Notes: generated from the sequence alone by a model not told the origin. Numbered from the stretch's first letter, positions 19,750 to 29,359 are shown. The stretch: DNA of 64,000 bases from Eubacteriales bacterium (GCA_045119135.1 JBGVCY010000052.1:3621-67620), one strand, 5' to 3'. A program made the numbers and translations.

Positions 19750-20396
19750 GAAGATACGATCTTGCGATCTTCGATATGGACGGTACCATCCTTGATACTT
19801 TGACCGATATCGCAGATTCGCTGAATGTAATCCTTTGTCGCCACGGTTTTGCCACGCACGAGCTGTGCGCGGTGCGCCTGTTTGTTGGAAACGGCGTGCA
19901 TAAGCTCATCGAGCGCGCTCTGCCCGCGGATGTGGACGCCGCGACCCTTGAGCGCGTGTATGACGATTTTGTGGTGTATTATAAGGCACACTGCGCCGAA
20001 AAGACCGCGCCGTATGCAGGTATTCCCGAGATGCTGGCAGACCTGCGCGCGGCGGGCATCAAGACCGCCGTTTATTCCAACAAGATCGATGCTGCCGTGA
20101 AAAGCCTTACCGACAAATATTTTGCGGGGCTGTTTGATTTCGCGCTGGGTCAGCGCGACGGCGTACCCACCAAGCCCGCACCCGACGGCGTTTACGACGT
20201 GCTGACGGCACTGGACGTGCCTGCGGCGCGCGCGGTTTACGTGGGCGACAGCGAGGTGGATGTAAAAACCGCCCTCAATGCGGGCACCGACGGCGTGTTT
20301 GTGTCCTACGGCTTCCGCGAAAAGCAAACCCTTGTGGATGCGGGCGGTGTGAAAATCGCCGATACGGTGGAAGAATTAAAGACATTTCTCTTATAA
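19746..20396 (+). CDS. HAD-IA hydrolase (phosphoglycolate phosphatase-like)
   Basis: LAIFDMDGTILDT motif I, YSNK motif II, VYVGDSEVD motif III. Confidence 0.85.
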   Translation: MRRYDLAIFDMDGTILDTLTDIADSLNVILCRHGFATHELCAVRLFVGNGVHKLIERALPADVDAATLERVYDDFVVYYKAHCAEKTAPYAGIPEMLADLRAAGIKTAVYSNKIDAAVKSLTDKYFAGLFDFALGQRDGVPTKPAPDGVYDVLTALDVPAARAVYVGDSEVDVKTALNAGTDGVFVSYGFREKQTLVDAGGVKIADTVEELKTFLL

Positions 20397-20400
20397 ATAT

Positions 20401-20512
20401 CTTTCCTTTGAAGGAAGACTTCGCCGAAGGTAACGGATGAGCAGGTACAATATTCAATTCCGCCTCATCCGGCACGGCTAGCCGCGCCACCTTCCCCTCA
20501 AGGGGAAGGCTA
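20401..20512. repeat. Palindrome-capped structured intergenic repeat, shorter/diverged copy
   Basis: CTTTCCTTTGAAGGAAG ... GGATGAG..CCTCATCC ... CCTTCCCCTCAAGGGGAAGG. It has the same architecture and right-end sequence as the element at 37081-37208. Confidence 0.7.
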
Positions 20513-20514
20513 AC

Positions 20515-20550
20515 AAAAAGCCGAACAGGTCAAACCTGTTCGGCTTTTTT
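20515..20550. terminator. Bidirectional terminator between the HAD gene and glutamine synthetase
   Basis: aaaaaGCCGAACAGGTcaaACCTGTTCGGCtttttt. Confidence 0.85.
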
Positions 20551-20557
20551 GATTCCG

Positions 20558-22651
20558 TTACGGCAGGAACATCAGGTCGCCGTAGGTGGGGATGGGCCAA
20601 TAGTCGCGTGCCGTCAGGGTCTCCATTTCGTCGACCTTGGCGCGCAAAAGATTCATGGCGGGAATCACCTTGTGGCAGAAGTCCTCCGCCATGGCAACGT
20701 GGGTGGGAGCCTTTCGTGCATCGGCATCGGCGCTCTTCAGCGCATTCAGGGCGGTATACGCTTCGCCCGACAGCTTCGAGAGCTTGCGGATCACGTCCAC
20801 CTCGGCAGAAACATCGATATCGTCGGCAACGGCGCGCTGTGCGTTTACGCCTGCCGCCAAGTCGCCCACATATTTGTGTACGGCGGGCAGAAGGTCGCGC
20901 GATGCCATTTCGATCATGGTCTGCGCCTCAATATTGATGATCTTGGCGTAATTTTCAAACAGAATGTCCTCGCGCGAGAGCATCTCGGTGCGGCTCATAA
21001 CGCCGTGACGGGTAAAGAGCGCAACGTTCTTCTCTGCTGTGAAGGTCTTATAGGCATCCACGGATGTGGAAAGATTCAGAAGACCGCGTGCGGCGGCTTC
21101 CTTTTGCCATTCCTCGGAATAGCCGTTACCGTTGAAGATGATGCGGCGGTGCTCGGTAAAGGTATCCTTGATAAGGGCCGAGAGCGCGGCGTCGAAATCC
21201 TCGGCATTCTCCAGCACGTCAGCAAACTGACGGAAGGATTCTGCCACAGCGGTATTCAGCACCACGTTGGGCATCGATACGTTCTGCGACGAGCCGACCA
21301 TACGGAACTCAAACTTATTGCCCGTAAAGGCAAAGGGAGAGGTGCGGTTGCGGTCGGTGGTATCCTGATTGAAGGTGGGAACGGTGGGTACGCCCAGATT
21401 CATCTTGCGTGCGCCCGCCCCCTTATAGGCGGTACCGCCGATGATCGAATCAACCACCGCCTGCAGATCGTCACCGATGAACATCGAAACAATGGCAGGG
21501 GGTGCCTCGTCACCGCCAAGGCGGTGGTCGTTGCCCGCGTGCGCCGCCGAAACACGCAACAGATCCTGATAATCGTCCACCGCCTTGACAACGGCGGCAA
21601 GCATCAGAAGGAAGTGCTTGTTCTCAGCGGGGGTCTTGCCGGGCTTCAGAAGGTTCTTGCCCGTATCGGTGCCAATCGACCAGTTGTTATGCTTGCCCGA
21701 GCCGTTCACGCCCGCATAGGGCTTTTCGTGCAACAGGCACACAAGGCCGTGCTTTTTGGCGATCTTTTTCATCGTCGCCATAATCAGCAGGTTGTGGTCA
21801 ATGGCAAGGTTTGCGGTCGAATAAATGGGAGCCAGCTCGTGCTGCGAGGGCGCTGCCTCGTTGTGCTTGGTCTTGGAGAGGATGCCGAGCTTCCACAGCT
21901 CCTCGTCAAGGTCTGCCATAAAGGCGCTGATGCGAGTGCGCAGCGGGCCGAAGTAATGATCCTCCAGCTCCTGGCCCTTGGGCGCGGGCGCGCCAAACAG
22001 CGTGCGACCCGTATAAAACAGGTCCTTGCGGCGGTCGCGCATTGCCTTATCCACGATAAAATATTCCTGCTCAGCGCCCACGGTGGTAACGATACGCTTT
22101 GCCTCGGTATCACCGAGCAGACGAACGATACGCATGCCCTGCTGGGAAAGCGCATCCATCGAGCGCAGAAGGGGGGTCTTGGTATCCAGCGCCTCGCCCG
22201 TATAGGAGCAGAAGGCGGTGGGAATAAACAGCGTGCCATCCTTAACGAAGGCGTAAGAGGCGGGGTCCCACGCGGTATAGCCGCGCGCCTCGAAGGTGGC
22301 GCGAAGTCCGCCCGAGGGGAAGGAAGAAGCATCGGGCTCGCCCTTGATCAGCTCCTTGCCCGAAAATTCCATAACCACCTTGCCGTCGGTAACGGGGGCG
22401 ATAAAGGCATCATGCTTTTCGGCGGTAACGCCCGTTAAGGGCTGGAACCAGTGCGAATAGTGGGTGGCGCCCTTCTCCAGCGCCCAGTCCTTCATAGCGT
22501 TTGCCACCACGTCGGCAATTGAGGGGTCGATCGCCTTTCCCTCTTCAATGGTTTTGGTAAGCGATTTGAAGACCTCACGGGGCAGACGCTGTCGCATAAC
22601 CTCTTCATTAAATACCATATTGCCAAAAATTTCGGGGATGCTTTTTGTCAT
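20558..22651 (-). CDS. glnN: Glutamine synthetase, type III
   Basis: 697 aa; MTKSIPEIFGNMVFNEEVMRQRLP...ATHYSHWFQPLTG N-terminus and a length typical of GSIII; NGSGKHNNWS motif. Confidence 0.92.
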   Translation of the reverse strand: MTKSIPEIFGNMVFNEEVMRQRLPREVFKSLTKTIEEGKAIDPSIADVVANAMKDWALEKGATHYSHWFQPLTGVTAEKHDAFIAPVTDGKVVMEFSGKELIKGEPDASSFPSGGLRATFEARGYTAWDPASYAFVKDGTLFIPTAFCSYTGEALDTKTPLLRSMDALSQQGMRIVRLLGDTEAKRIVTTVGAEQEYFIVDKAMRDRRKDLFYTGRTLFGAPAPKGQELEDHYFGPLRTRISAFMADLDEELWKLGILSKTKHNEAAPSQHELAPIYSTANLAIDHNLLIMATMKKIAKKHGLVCLLHEKPYAGVNGSGKHNNWSIGTDTGKNLLKPGKTPAENKHFLLMLAAVVKAVDDYQDLLRVSAAHAGNDHRLGGDEAPPAIVSMFIGDDLQAVVDSIIGGTAYKGAGARKMNLGVPTVPTFNQDTTDRNRTSPFAFTGNKFEFRMVGSSQNVSMPNVVLNTAVAESFRQFADVLENAEDFDAALSALIKDTFTEHRRIIFNGNGYSEEWQKEAAARGLLNLSTSVDAYKTFTAEKNVALFTRHGVMSRTEMLSREDILFENYAKIINIEAQTMIEMASRDLLPAVHKYVGDLAAGVNAQRAVADDIDVSAEVDVIRKLSKLSGEAYTALNALKSADADARKAPTHVAMAEDFCHKVIPAMNLLRAKVDEMETLTARDYWPIPTYGDLMFLP

Positions 22652-22717
22652 ACGTCACACTGCCTTTCGTGATAAATTGCGGCGAAAAAAATCTTCCACC
22701 TTGTTTTATATAATGCA

Positions 22718-22747
22718 ATTATAATCGCACGGTTGCCCCTTTGTCAA
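22718..22747 (-). promoter_or_regulatory. Consensus sigma-A promoter for glnN
   Basis: Minus-strand TTGACA-18 nt-TATAAT. Confidence 0.6.
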
Positions 22748-22766
22748 GAGAATTCGACAAAAAATA

Positions 22767-22795
22767 AAAGAACGCCCCTGCGGGGCGCTCTTTTA
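22767..22795 (-). terminator. Terminator after the 83-aa membrane protein gene
   Basis: Minus-strand read: GAGCGCCCCgcaGGGGCGTTCtttt. Confidence 0.7.
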
Positions 22796-22813
22796 TGTAG
22801 TCTTTTGACCGTT

Positions 22814-23065
22814 TTAGTCAGCAAGAACGGTGATCTTGTCGTTCAAAAGAACGGTAACAAGGTCAACGATCCAAGCGATCAGGTTGCCAACACCGGTGAA
22901 GGTGACAAGAATGCCAACAACAAGGGTGAGAAGTTTGCCGGTCTCAAAGAAGCGGACAATGCGGTAAACGCCGCCAACAACAGCACCGAGAAGCAGCTGG
23001 ATCAAAATCTTTGCAAGCTTGGGCAGTGCGTCATATGCGCCGGTCAGAGTGTTCTTCTTTGCCAT
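22814..23065 (-). CDS. Small membrane protein (83 aa), unknown function
   Basis: Two hydrophobic helices, AGGAGA RBS, own promoter and terminator. Confidence 0.6.
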   Translation of the reverse strand: MAKKNTLTGAYDALPKLAKILIQLLLGAVVGGVYRIVRFFETGKLLTLVVGILVTFTGVGNLIAWIVDLVTVLLNDKITVLAD

Positions 23066-23116
23066 GATGAATATCTCCTTTTCTGTGTATTGTCGGGGAA
23101 TATCCGACTTGTTATT

Positions 23117-23145
23117 ATTATAGCATAGTGAGAAAAAGTTTGCAA
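23117..23145 (-). promoter_or_regulatory. Sigma-A promoter for the 83-aa membrane protein gene
   Basis: Minus-strand TTGCAA-17 nt-TATAAT. Confidence 0.5.
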
Positions 23146-23165
23146 TAGAACAAAATACAAAAACG

Positions 23166-23197
23166 AAAAAAGAACGGACTTTCGCCCGTTCTTTTTT
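23166..23197 (-). terminator. Terminator after the alanine/glycine symporter gene
   Basis: aaaaaAGAACGGactttcgCCCGTTCTttttt, adjacent to the stop at 23205. Confidence 0.75.
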
Positions 23198-23204
23198 GAA
23201 AGGA

Positions 23205-24683
23205 TTATTCTACGGTTTCCTCAACCTTTTCGGTCTTTTCCTCAGGAAGCTCGCAGCAGCAGCAATTCTTTTTCTTGCGTGCCTCGCCAGCAACCATCTT
23301 ACCGAGTGCGGCAAGGGCGATGACGTTGGGCAGTACCATCAGGTAGTTAAAGAAGTCGGTCAGCTCCCAGACAAGGTCGTCAGAGAAGATCGAGCCAAGG
23401 AAGATGAAAGCAACTGCAATAACGGTATAGATGATCGTTTTCTTTTTGCCAAACAGATACTGGAAGTTGATCTTGCCAAAGAAGTTCCAGCTAAGGATGG
23501 TCGAGAAGGCAAAGAAGAACAGACATACGGCAACAAAGATGTTACCAAAGGTCTCACCAAACACGGTGCCGAATGCCTTCTGCGCAAGGTTCGCCTTGGG
23601 GAATGCGGCAGCAGCTGCTTCAAGCAAACCGCCGTTGACGTGGTCGTAAATCAGGGTATTGGAAAGCGGGCCGTTACCTGCATACAGGGTGGAGATCACC
23701 ACAAGTGCGGTCATGGTCAGCACGATAAAGGTATCGATAAACACACCGATCATAGCAGTGGTGCCCTGCTCGTGTGCGGTCTTGACGTTTGCCTGCGCGT
23801 GTGCGTGAGGGGTAGAACCCATACCTGCCTCGTTGGAGAAGAGGCCACGCTTTGCGCCCTGGCTGATTGCGGTCTTCAGTGCGTAGCCGATGCCGCCACC
23901 GATCAGCGCGTTGGCGTTGAAGGCGTACTTGAAGATCATACCAAAGGTTTCGGGGACGTACTTGACGCGGGCGAAGATGATCACCAGCGAGCCGACGATG
24001 TAAAGAAGTGCCATAACGGGTACCAGCTTTTCGGTAACCGAGGCAAGGCGGTCAACACCGCCAATGAATACCACAGCGGCAATGGCTACCACCACGATAC
24101 CGATGATCCAGTAAAGGTTGCTGTTCATGCCGATAGCGGCACCCATGGTGCCTGCGATCGAGTTGGACTGTACCATCGAGCCCATGAAGCCAAGTGCCAG
24201 CATAACGGCAACGGCGAAGAATGCGGCAAGGAACTTGCCGAATTTGCCCTTGAATGCGGTCTTGATATAGTAAACGGGACCGCCCTCAACGCTGCCGTCT
24301 TCGTTTACCTTACGGGTCTTCTGCGCAAGAACTGCCTCTGCGTAGATGGTTGCCATGCCGAAGAAGGCGATAACCCACATCCAAAAGATAGCGCCGGGAC
24401 CACCAATGAGGATCGCGCCGCAGGCACCGACGATGTTACCCGTACCGACCTGTGCCGCGATTGCGGTTGCCAGTGCCTGGAAGGAGCTGAGACCGCCGCC
24501 CTGTTTACCGCCGCGCAACGAGATCTTGCCGAACACGTTCTTCATACCCTCGCCAAAGCAGCGAACCTGCACGAAGCGAGTGCGGATGGTGAAGTAGATA
24601 CCGATACCGACTAAGAGGAAGATCAGCACATAGTCGGTAAGGTAGGAGTTGACCGTTTGAACGATCTTGAGTAAGGTTTCCAT
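23205..24683 (-). CDS. Alanine/glycine:cation symporter (AGCS family)
   Basis: METLLKIVQTVNSYL...FTIRTRFVQVR...SSFQALATAIAAQVGTGNIVG...FWMWVIAFFGMAT. ATG at 24681-24683 lies inside track ORF 23205..24740. Confidence 0.92.
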   Translation of the reverse strand: METLLKIVQTVNSYLTDYVLIFLLVGIGIYFTIRTRFVQVRCFGEGMKNVFGKISLRGGKQGGGLSSFQALATAIAAQVGTGNIVGACGAILIGGPGAIFWMWVIAFFGMATIYAEAVLAQKTRKVNEDGSVEGGPVYYIKTAFKGKFGKFLAAFFAVAVMLALGFMGSMVQSNSIAGTMGAAIGMNSNLYWIIGIVVVAIAAVVFIGGVDRLASVTEKLVPVMALLYIVGSLVIIFARVKYVPETFGMIFKYAFNANALIGGGIGYALKTAISQGAKRGLFSNEAGMGSTPHAHAQANVKTAHEQGTTAMIGVFIDTFIVLTMTALVVISTLYAGNGPLSNTLIYDHVNGGLLEAAAAAFPKANLAQKAFGTVFGETFGNIFVAVCLFFFAFSTILSWNFFGKINFQYLFGKKKTIIYTVIAVAFIFLGSIFSDDLVWELTDFFNYLMVLPNVIALAALGKMVAGEARKKKNCCCCELPEEKTEKVEETVE

Positions 24684-24702
24684 TGTTTTCTTTTTCCCTC
24701 CA

Positions 24703-24893
24703 AAAAATAAAATAAGACTGCCCGCATCGGCAGCCCACAAAAAATCTCAAACAGAAAAATAGCAAAAATTTTCTGCTCTGTCCTTTGGCCTGAGAGATTC
24801 GGCTTTCGCCTTGCACCTTCGGCACTCCTTGGGAGATTCTCCAGAGCGTCCTCCACCCCCGGTTTGACCCGAGAGCTTCTGCGGAAACACGAC
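24703..24893 (-). promoter_or_regulatory. Glycine riboswitch (single full aptamer plus upstream partial element) with terminator
   Basis: Minus-strand read: CTCTGGAGAATCTCCCAAGGAGTGCCGAAGGTGCAAGGCGAAAGCCGAATCTCTCAGGCCAAAGGACAGAG, then CTGCCgatgcgGGCAG followed by a T-rich run (24703-24736). Confidence 0.75.
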
Positions 24894-24894
24894 C

Positions 24895-24923
24895 ATTATA
24901 GCACCGTGTGATGGCAATGTCAA
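24895..24923 (-). promoter_or_regulatory. Consensus sigma-A promoter driving the glycine riboswitch and symporter
   Basis: Minus-strand TTGACA-17 nt-TATAAT. Confidence 0.6.
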
Positions 24924-25020
24924 GGGATTTTGAATATTTTTTGACAAAAAACTTGAAATTCTGCAAAAAAATGCAAAACAACGGAAAAAAGCCTCCCTTG
25001 AAAAAGAGAGGCTTTCTGAT

Positions 25021-25851
25021 TCAATCCTTGGGCACAAAGCCCTCGAAAATGGGATAGGTGCCTGTTGCGATGTGGCAGTGATATTTTACCTCATCACGCA
25101 CGGTATAGCACAGCGATGCGGCGCCAAAGGCGCGGATGGCAACGAAACGCGACACACTGTGGGGGTATTTTTCGTTCCACGCGATGAAATGGGGACGGCA
25201 AAGGAAATTGAGCAGCATTGCCGAGAGCGCGAAGTTGCGCACCTTGCTGCCTTCCTTTTTATCGCGGATCAGGTCGGTGACCAACAATCCTCGCACGGCG
25301 TGCGGTGCGTGCTTTTTGACGGCACGCAACAACAGGGGGTTGAAGGATTCCATACACCATTCCCCCTTGTAATCGGCAAGGATCTTCAGCGCGGCAGGCA
25401 CCAGATCGGTGCTGAAATCCTCGCCCTTCAGCTCGATCAGCAGCGGCACACGCCCCTTCACGGTATCCAAAACCTCGCGGAAGGTGGGGATTTTTTGCGC
25501 AGTGCCGTCAAGGCGGCACTCGCCAAGCGCGGCGGCGGTCAGATCCTTTACATGGGCATCCTTGCCGCACATACGCGCAAGGGTGTAATCGTGAAACACC
25601 ATGACCTCGCCATCGCTTGAAAGCTGAATGTCCAGCTCAATCGCAAAGCCCGCGGCGGCAGCCGCCTCAAATGCGGCAAGCGAATTTTCGGGCACTTCCC
25701 CACCCCAAAGACCTCGGTGGGCATAGGGACGGAGAAAGGGCTGCATTGCCTTTCTGCGCGCGCGAGGCGCGATCAGGAACAACCACAGGAGCATCAGTGC
25801 CACAAGCACGGCGGCGACAACAATCAGCACAACAAGCAAGGGCTCCATCAA
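25021..25851 (-). CDS. Membrane-anchored glycerophosphodiester phosphodiesterase family protein
   Basis: N-terminal TM, then YAHRGLWGGEVPENSLAAFEAAAAAGFAIELDIQLSSDGEVMVFHD (GDPD signature). Confidence 0.88.
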   Translation of the reverse strand: MMEPLLVVLIVVAAVLVALMLLWLFLIAPRARRKAMQPFLRPYAHRGLWGGEVPENSLAAFEAAAAAGFAIELDIQLSSDGEVMVFHDYTLARMCGKDAHVKDLTAAALGECRLDGTAQKIPTFREVLDTVKGRVPLLIELKGEDFSTDLVPAALKILADYKGEWCMESFNPLLLRAVKKHAPHAVRGLLVTDLIRDKKEGSKVRNFALSAMLLNFLCRPHFIAWNEKYPHSVSRFVAIRAFGAASLCYTVRDEVKYHCHIATGTYPIFEGFVPKD

Positions 25852-27440
25852 TTATCGCCCCCAAGCGCATCAAGCGCCACGTCCTTTGCCACGGGCTTGG
25901 CATCGCCGTGGCGGACAAAGAACATGGTAACGAAAGCAAGCGCCACGAAAAGGGCGGCATACGGAAAAAGAGTCCGCCAGCTGATGTTATCCAGGAACAC
26001 ACCCGACAGAATGGGGGTAACCACCTGCGCCGACATACTTGCCGTGTAGTAAAAGCCCGTATATTTGCCCACGTTCGAGCCGCGCGACAGCTCAACCACC
26101 ATCGGATAGGAGTTGACATTGATGGTCGCCCAGCCGATGCCTGCGGCGGCAAACAAGAGGGGCATCAGCACCTGCTTGACCATTTCGGGGCTCTCGGCGC
26201 TGAGGAAGGAAGCAAAGAAGAAGGAAGCGCCGAGAATGACGACACCGCCAAGGATCATCTTTTTTCTGCCCAGCTTCGAGGAAAGCATACCCACAGGCAG
26301 GTAGGAAATGATCGCCGCCGCCTGCGCGATCAGCAACGTGGTGTTGTAATCGACATTCAGCACGGTGCTGGCATAAACAGAATATTTACTGGTAACGGCG
26401 TTATAGCCCATAAACCAGAACACGACCGATGCAAGAATCAGTCCAAGCGAAATTTTTTCACCGCGCGAGAGCTTGCGTACCTCGGTCTGCTCGGCATTGC
26501 CTTCTTCGGGCTGATCCAGCCCCAGACGCTCGCTTTCCGCCTGCATCTCTTGCGCCCATTGGACCTCACGCACCTTCCACAAAAAGATGGCAAGGCCAAC
26601 CATCATAATACCTGCCACCACCGCAAAGAAGGTGGTATAGCTCATCAGCGCGTTCTTCATTTTACCCGTGCCGAACACGGTACCCAGCAGCAGCACCAGA
26701 ATACCGCCTGCCGTGCCCATCAGGTTGATGATGGCATTCGCCTTGGAACGCAAGGGCTTGATGGTGACGTCGGGCATCAGCGCCACAGCGGGCGAGCGGA
26801 AGGTGCCCATTGCCACCAGCGTGAAGAACAGCATTACCATAAAGATCACCAGAGGCGCAGAGTTCTGCGAGGTCATCTTTGCCGCATACGCTTGCCGTGC
26901 GGGCACGACGATATTGGTATAGTCGGGATTGGTGACGGCGGTACCGTTTTCTTCGGTACGTGTCATCGAAATCGCGGTAAATGCTTCGCGCGAGATCAGC
27001 TCCTGCAAGGGCTTTTTCTCGGCGACAAGGCTATCTGCCGTAACGTCGCTGACACGGGGGTTGGCATCCCAGATCACGCCGAGCGATTCGGTATACGCCT
27101 CGCCCTCGGTGGCGCTTGCCGCTTCGATATTTTTGAGCTGTGCGGCATCGGGAATGGACAGCGATACCAAGAGAATGGCGGCGGCAATGGCGCCCACCAC
27201 GATAAAGGGCGTGCGGCGGCCGCGGCGGCTGTTCACCTTATCCGAAATGGCACCAAAGATGGGCAACAGCACCAGCGCAAACACGTTATCCAGCGCCATG
27301 ATCGCGCCCGACCAGGTCTGCGCCAAGCCGAACTTATCGGTCAGAATCTTCGGCACGATGGTGTCATATGCCTGCCAGAATGCCGAAATCAGAAAAAAGG
27401 CGAAGCCGACAAATATCGTGCGCTTGACATTTAATTTCAT
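25848..27440 (-). CDS. MFS transporter with a large central loop
   Basis: 530 aa, about 12 TM; GAISDKVNSRRGRRTPF MFS loop motif. ATGA overlaps on both sides. Confidence 0.85.
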   Translation of the reverse strand: MKLNVKRTIFVGFAFFLISAFWQAYDTIVPKILTDKFGLAQTWSGAIMALDNVFALVLLPIFGAISDKVNSRRGRRTPFIVVGAIAAAILLVSLSIPDAAQLKNIEAASATEGEAYTESLGVIWDANPRVSDVTADSLVAEKKPLQELISREAFTAISMTRTEENGTAVTNPDYTNIVVPARQAYAAKMTSQNSAPLVIFMVMLFFTLVAMGTFRSPAVALMPDVTIKPLRSKANAIINLMGTAGGILVLLLGTVFGTGKMKNALMSYTTFFAVVAGIMMVGLAIFLWKVREVQWAQEMQAESERLGLDQPEEGNAEQTEVRKLSRGEKISLGLILASVVFWFMGYNAVTSKYSVYASTVLNVDYNTTLLIAQAAAIISYLPVGMLSSKLGRKKMILGGVVILGASFFFASFLSAESPEMVKQVLMPLLFAAAGIGWATINVNSYPMVVELSRGSNVGKYTGFYYTASMSAQVVTPILSGVFLDNISWRTLFPYAALFVALAFVTMFFVRHGDAKPVAKDVALDALGGDN

Positions 27441-27988
27441 ACGTTTCCCTCTCTTTGCAAGATCATATAGGCGCGCAGGATTCCCGCCTGCGTTTTGCCA
27501 TCGGGAATGCGGCCTGCCAGCACCTCTTCGACCGCATCCTTGATGGGCATTTTAAAGACCTCAAGCATTTCGTCACGGTCAAGCTCCTGCTCACCAAAGG
27601 TAAGGCCGCGCGCCAAAAACACACGGACACGCTCGCCCATAATGGCAGGCGATCCGTAATAATCACCGATGTACGTCATTTCGGCGGCAACAGCACCCGT
27701 TTCCTCGCGCAGCTCGCGCAGTGCCGCCTCGCGGGGATCCTCGTCAGCGGCATCCAGCTTGCCTGCGGGAATCTCAACCAGCACCTCGTCAAAGGGATAG
27801 CGGAACTGTCGCTCCAGCAAAATCTCATTTTCCTCGGTCAGGGCGATCACGCACACAGCGCCGATGTGGCGCACGTATTCGCGCCGCGAGGTCTCGCCGT
27901 TAGACAGCAGCACCTCATCCTCAAACAAATGCACCACTCTGCCCTTGTAAATCTCACGCGAGGCAGTTTGCGTTTCTTTTAGATTCAT
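27437..27988 (-). CDS. NUDIX hydrolase (ADP-ribose pyrophosphatase-like)
   Basis: Nudix box GKLDAADEDPREAALRELREETG. N-terminal fold resembles NudF. Confidence 0.88.
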   Translation of the reverse strand: MNLKETQTASREIYKGRVVHLFEDEVLLSNGETSRREYVRHIGAVCVIALTEENEILLERQFRYPFDEVLVEIPAGKLDAADEDPREAALRELREETGAVAAEMTYIGDYYGSPAIMGERVRVFLARGLTFGEQELDRDEMLEVFKMPIKDAVEEVLAGRIPDGKTQAGILRAYMILQREGNV

Positions 27989-28065
27989 CGTCTTCTCCTT
28001 TTCGCAATCAAGGTATCATATAAAGTATAACCAAATTTTTGGCATTTGTAAAGGATAAAAAAGGA

Positions 28066-28103
28066 AAACCGCCTCAAATCAGTGATTTGAGGCGGTTTCT
28101 TTT
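28066..28103. terminator. Hairpin terminator after the oxidoreductase gene
   Basis: aaaACCGCCTCAAATCagtGATTTGAGGCGGTttctttt. Confidence 0.7.
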
Positions 28104-29359
28104 CAGATCACGCAGTCGGGAACGATCGCCTTGCCGCCCGCCTTGCGGGATTCCTCGGCGGCAAAGCCGATGGCGTGGCTCTGCAACGACACGCCGATGG
28201 TGGTCAGCTCGCTGCCACCGTTATTTTCGAAAATATCGATCATATCACGGATCATGCGCGAGTCACCGCCGCCGTGACCGTACTGACCCTCAATCAGCGC
28301 ACCGATATCCACCGTGCGCACCTCACCCTCCTCGAAGGTGTCGCCGTAGGTCTTGAGATACAGCGTGTTGTTAAAGGCAATGATGTCACCGTTGGTGCAG
28401 TGGATATGGAAATCTCTGCCGCCATTGGTGGAGAAGGCGGTCATGGTCAGGTGCGCGGTAGCGCCCCCCGCAAACTGCATATTCACCACCTGGTGGTCCA
28501 CTGCGGTGTTGTCGCAATGGAAGACGCAACGGGCGTAAGGATTGCTCTTATCACGCATCAGGTCATCCACGAACGCGCGATTTTCCAGCAGGCGGTAGTC
28601 CGAAACACAGGGGCGCAGCCATTCGGGATGCTTGCCGTAAATGGTGATAGCGCTTGCGGGGCAGGTCATTTTATGGGGACATTCGAAGCAATACTTGGTT
28701 GCACCCTCGGGAGCGTGCTCCTTGTTAAAATAAGTAAGGTCGCCATAAGAGCTGACACTCACGCAGGGCTTGTGACCCATCCACCAGCTGATCATATCGG
28801 TATCATGGCAGCACTTGGCAATGATCATGGGAGTGGATGCTTCGCAGACCGCCCAGTTGCCGCGCACGTAGGAGTGGCACTGGTGGTGGAACTCGACGTT
28901 CTCGGTCAGGTTGATGGTCATGACCTCGCCGTATTTGCCCGTGGCAAGCTCTTCCTTGACCGTGCGGAAAAGGGGCGCATAGCGCAGCACGTGGCACACG
29001 AACACGCGACAGCCCTTTTCCTCTGCCTTGTCGTAAATGGCACGGCATTTTTCATAGGTTTCGGCGATCGGCTTTTCCAGCAGCAGGTCATAACCCACCT
29101 CAAGCGCCTGCAAGGCGTGCCCGTAATGGTCGGTATCCTGCGTAGCGATAATCAGAAGGTCGCAAAGCTTTCCCTTGGCGAAAAATTCCGTTTCGTCGGT
29201 GAAAAACATGTCGGGCGAAATGCCGAACTCGCGCACGGCGGTTTCCTTTCTGCCTGCGTTCTTTTCGCAAACTGCCACCATCTGGGTGCGTCCGTCGTTT
29301 TTCATGTGCTGGGAATAGCCATAGCCTCTGTTTCCGAAGCCAAGAACGGCATATTTCAT
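28103..29359 (-). CDS. Gfo/Idh/MocA-family oxidoreductase
   Basis: MKYAVLGFGNRG Rossmann N-terminus and LLEKPIA motif. The AAGGAGA RBS favours the second ATG (29357-29359). Confidence 0.88.
   Translation of the reverse strand: MKYAVLGFGNRGYGYSQHMKNDGRTQMVAVCEKNAGRKETAVREFGISPDMFFTDETEFFAKGKLCDLLIIATQDTDHYGHALQALEVGYDLLLEKPIAETYEKCRAIYDKAEEKGCRVFVCHVLRYAPLFRTVKEELATGKYGEVMTINLTENVEFHHQCHSYVRGNWAVCEASTPMIIAKCCHDTDMISWWMGHKPCVSVSSYGDLTYFNKEHAPEGATKYCFECPHKMTCPASAITIYGKHPEWLRPCVSDYRLLENRAFVDDLMRDKSNPYARCVFHCDNTAVDHQVVNMQFAGGATAHLTMTAFSTNGGRDFHIHCTNGDIIAFNNTLYLKTYGDTFEEGEVRTVDIGALIEGQYGHGGGDSRMIRDMIDIFENNGGSELTTIGVSLQSHAIGFAAEESRKAGGKAIVPDCVI

Noticed and set aside
20549-22438. 629-aa ORF antisense to the type III glutamine synthetase gene
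   Set aside because: It is a shadow of a clearly coding gene, with no motifs and an implausible composition.
22652-22717. Riboswitch or other structured leader upstream of glnN
   Set aside because: The leader between the consensus promoter and the start codon is only about 60 nt, and I saw no conserved motif there.
24505-25037. Minus-strand ORFs of 158, 77 and 96 aa upstream of the symporter gene
   Set aside because: They cover the glycine riboswitch, its promoter and its terminator. None has an RBS.
25617-27434. 605-aa ORF antisense to the MFS transporter and GDPD genes
   Set aside because: It is an His/Arg/Gly-rich antisense shadow, while the minus-strand genes have clear family signatures and coupled starts.
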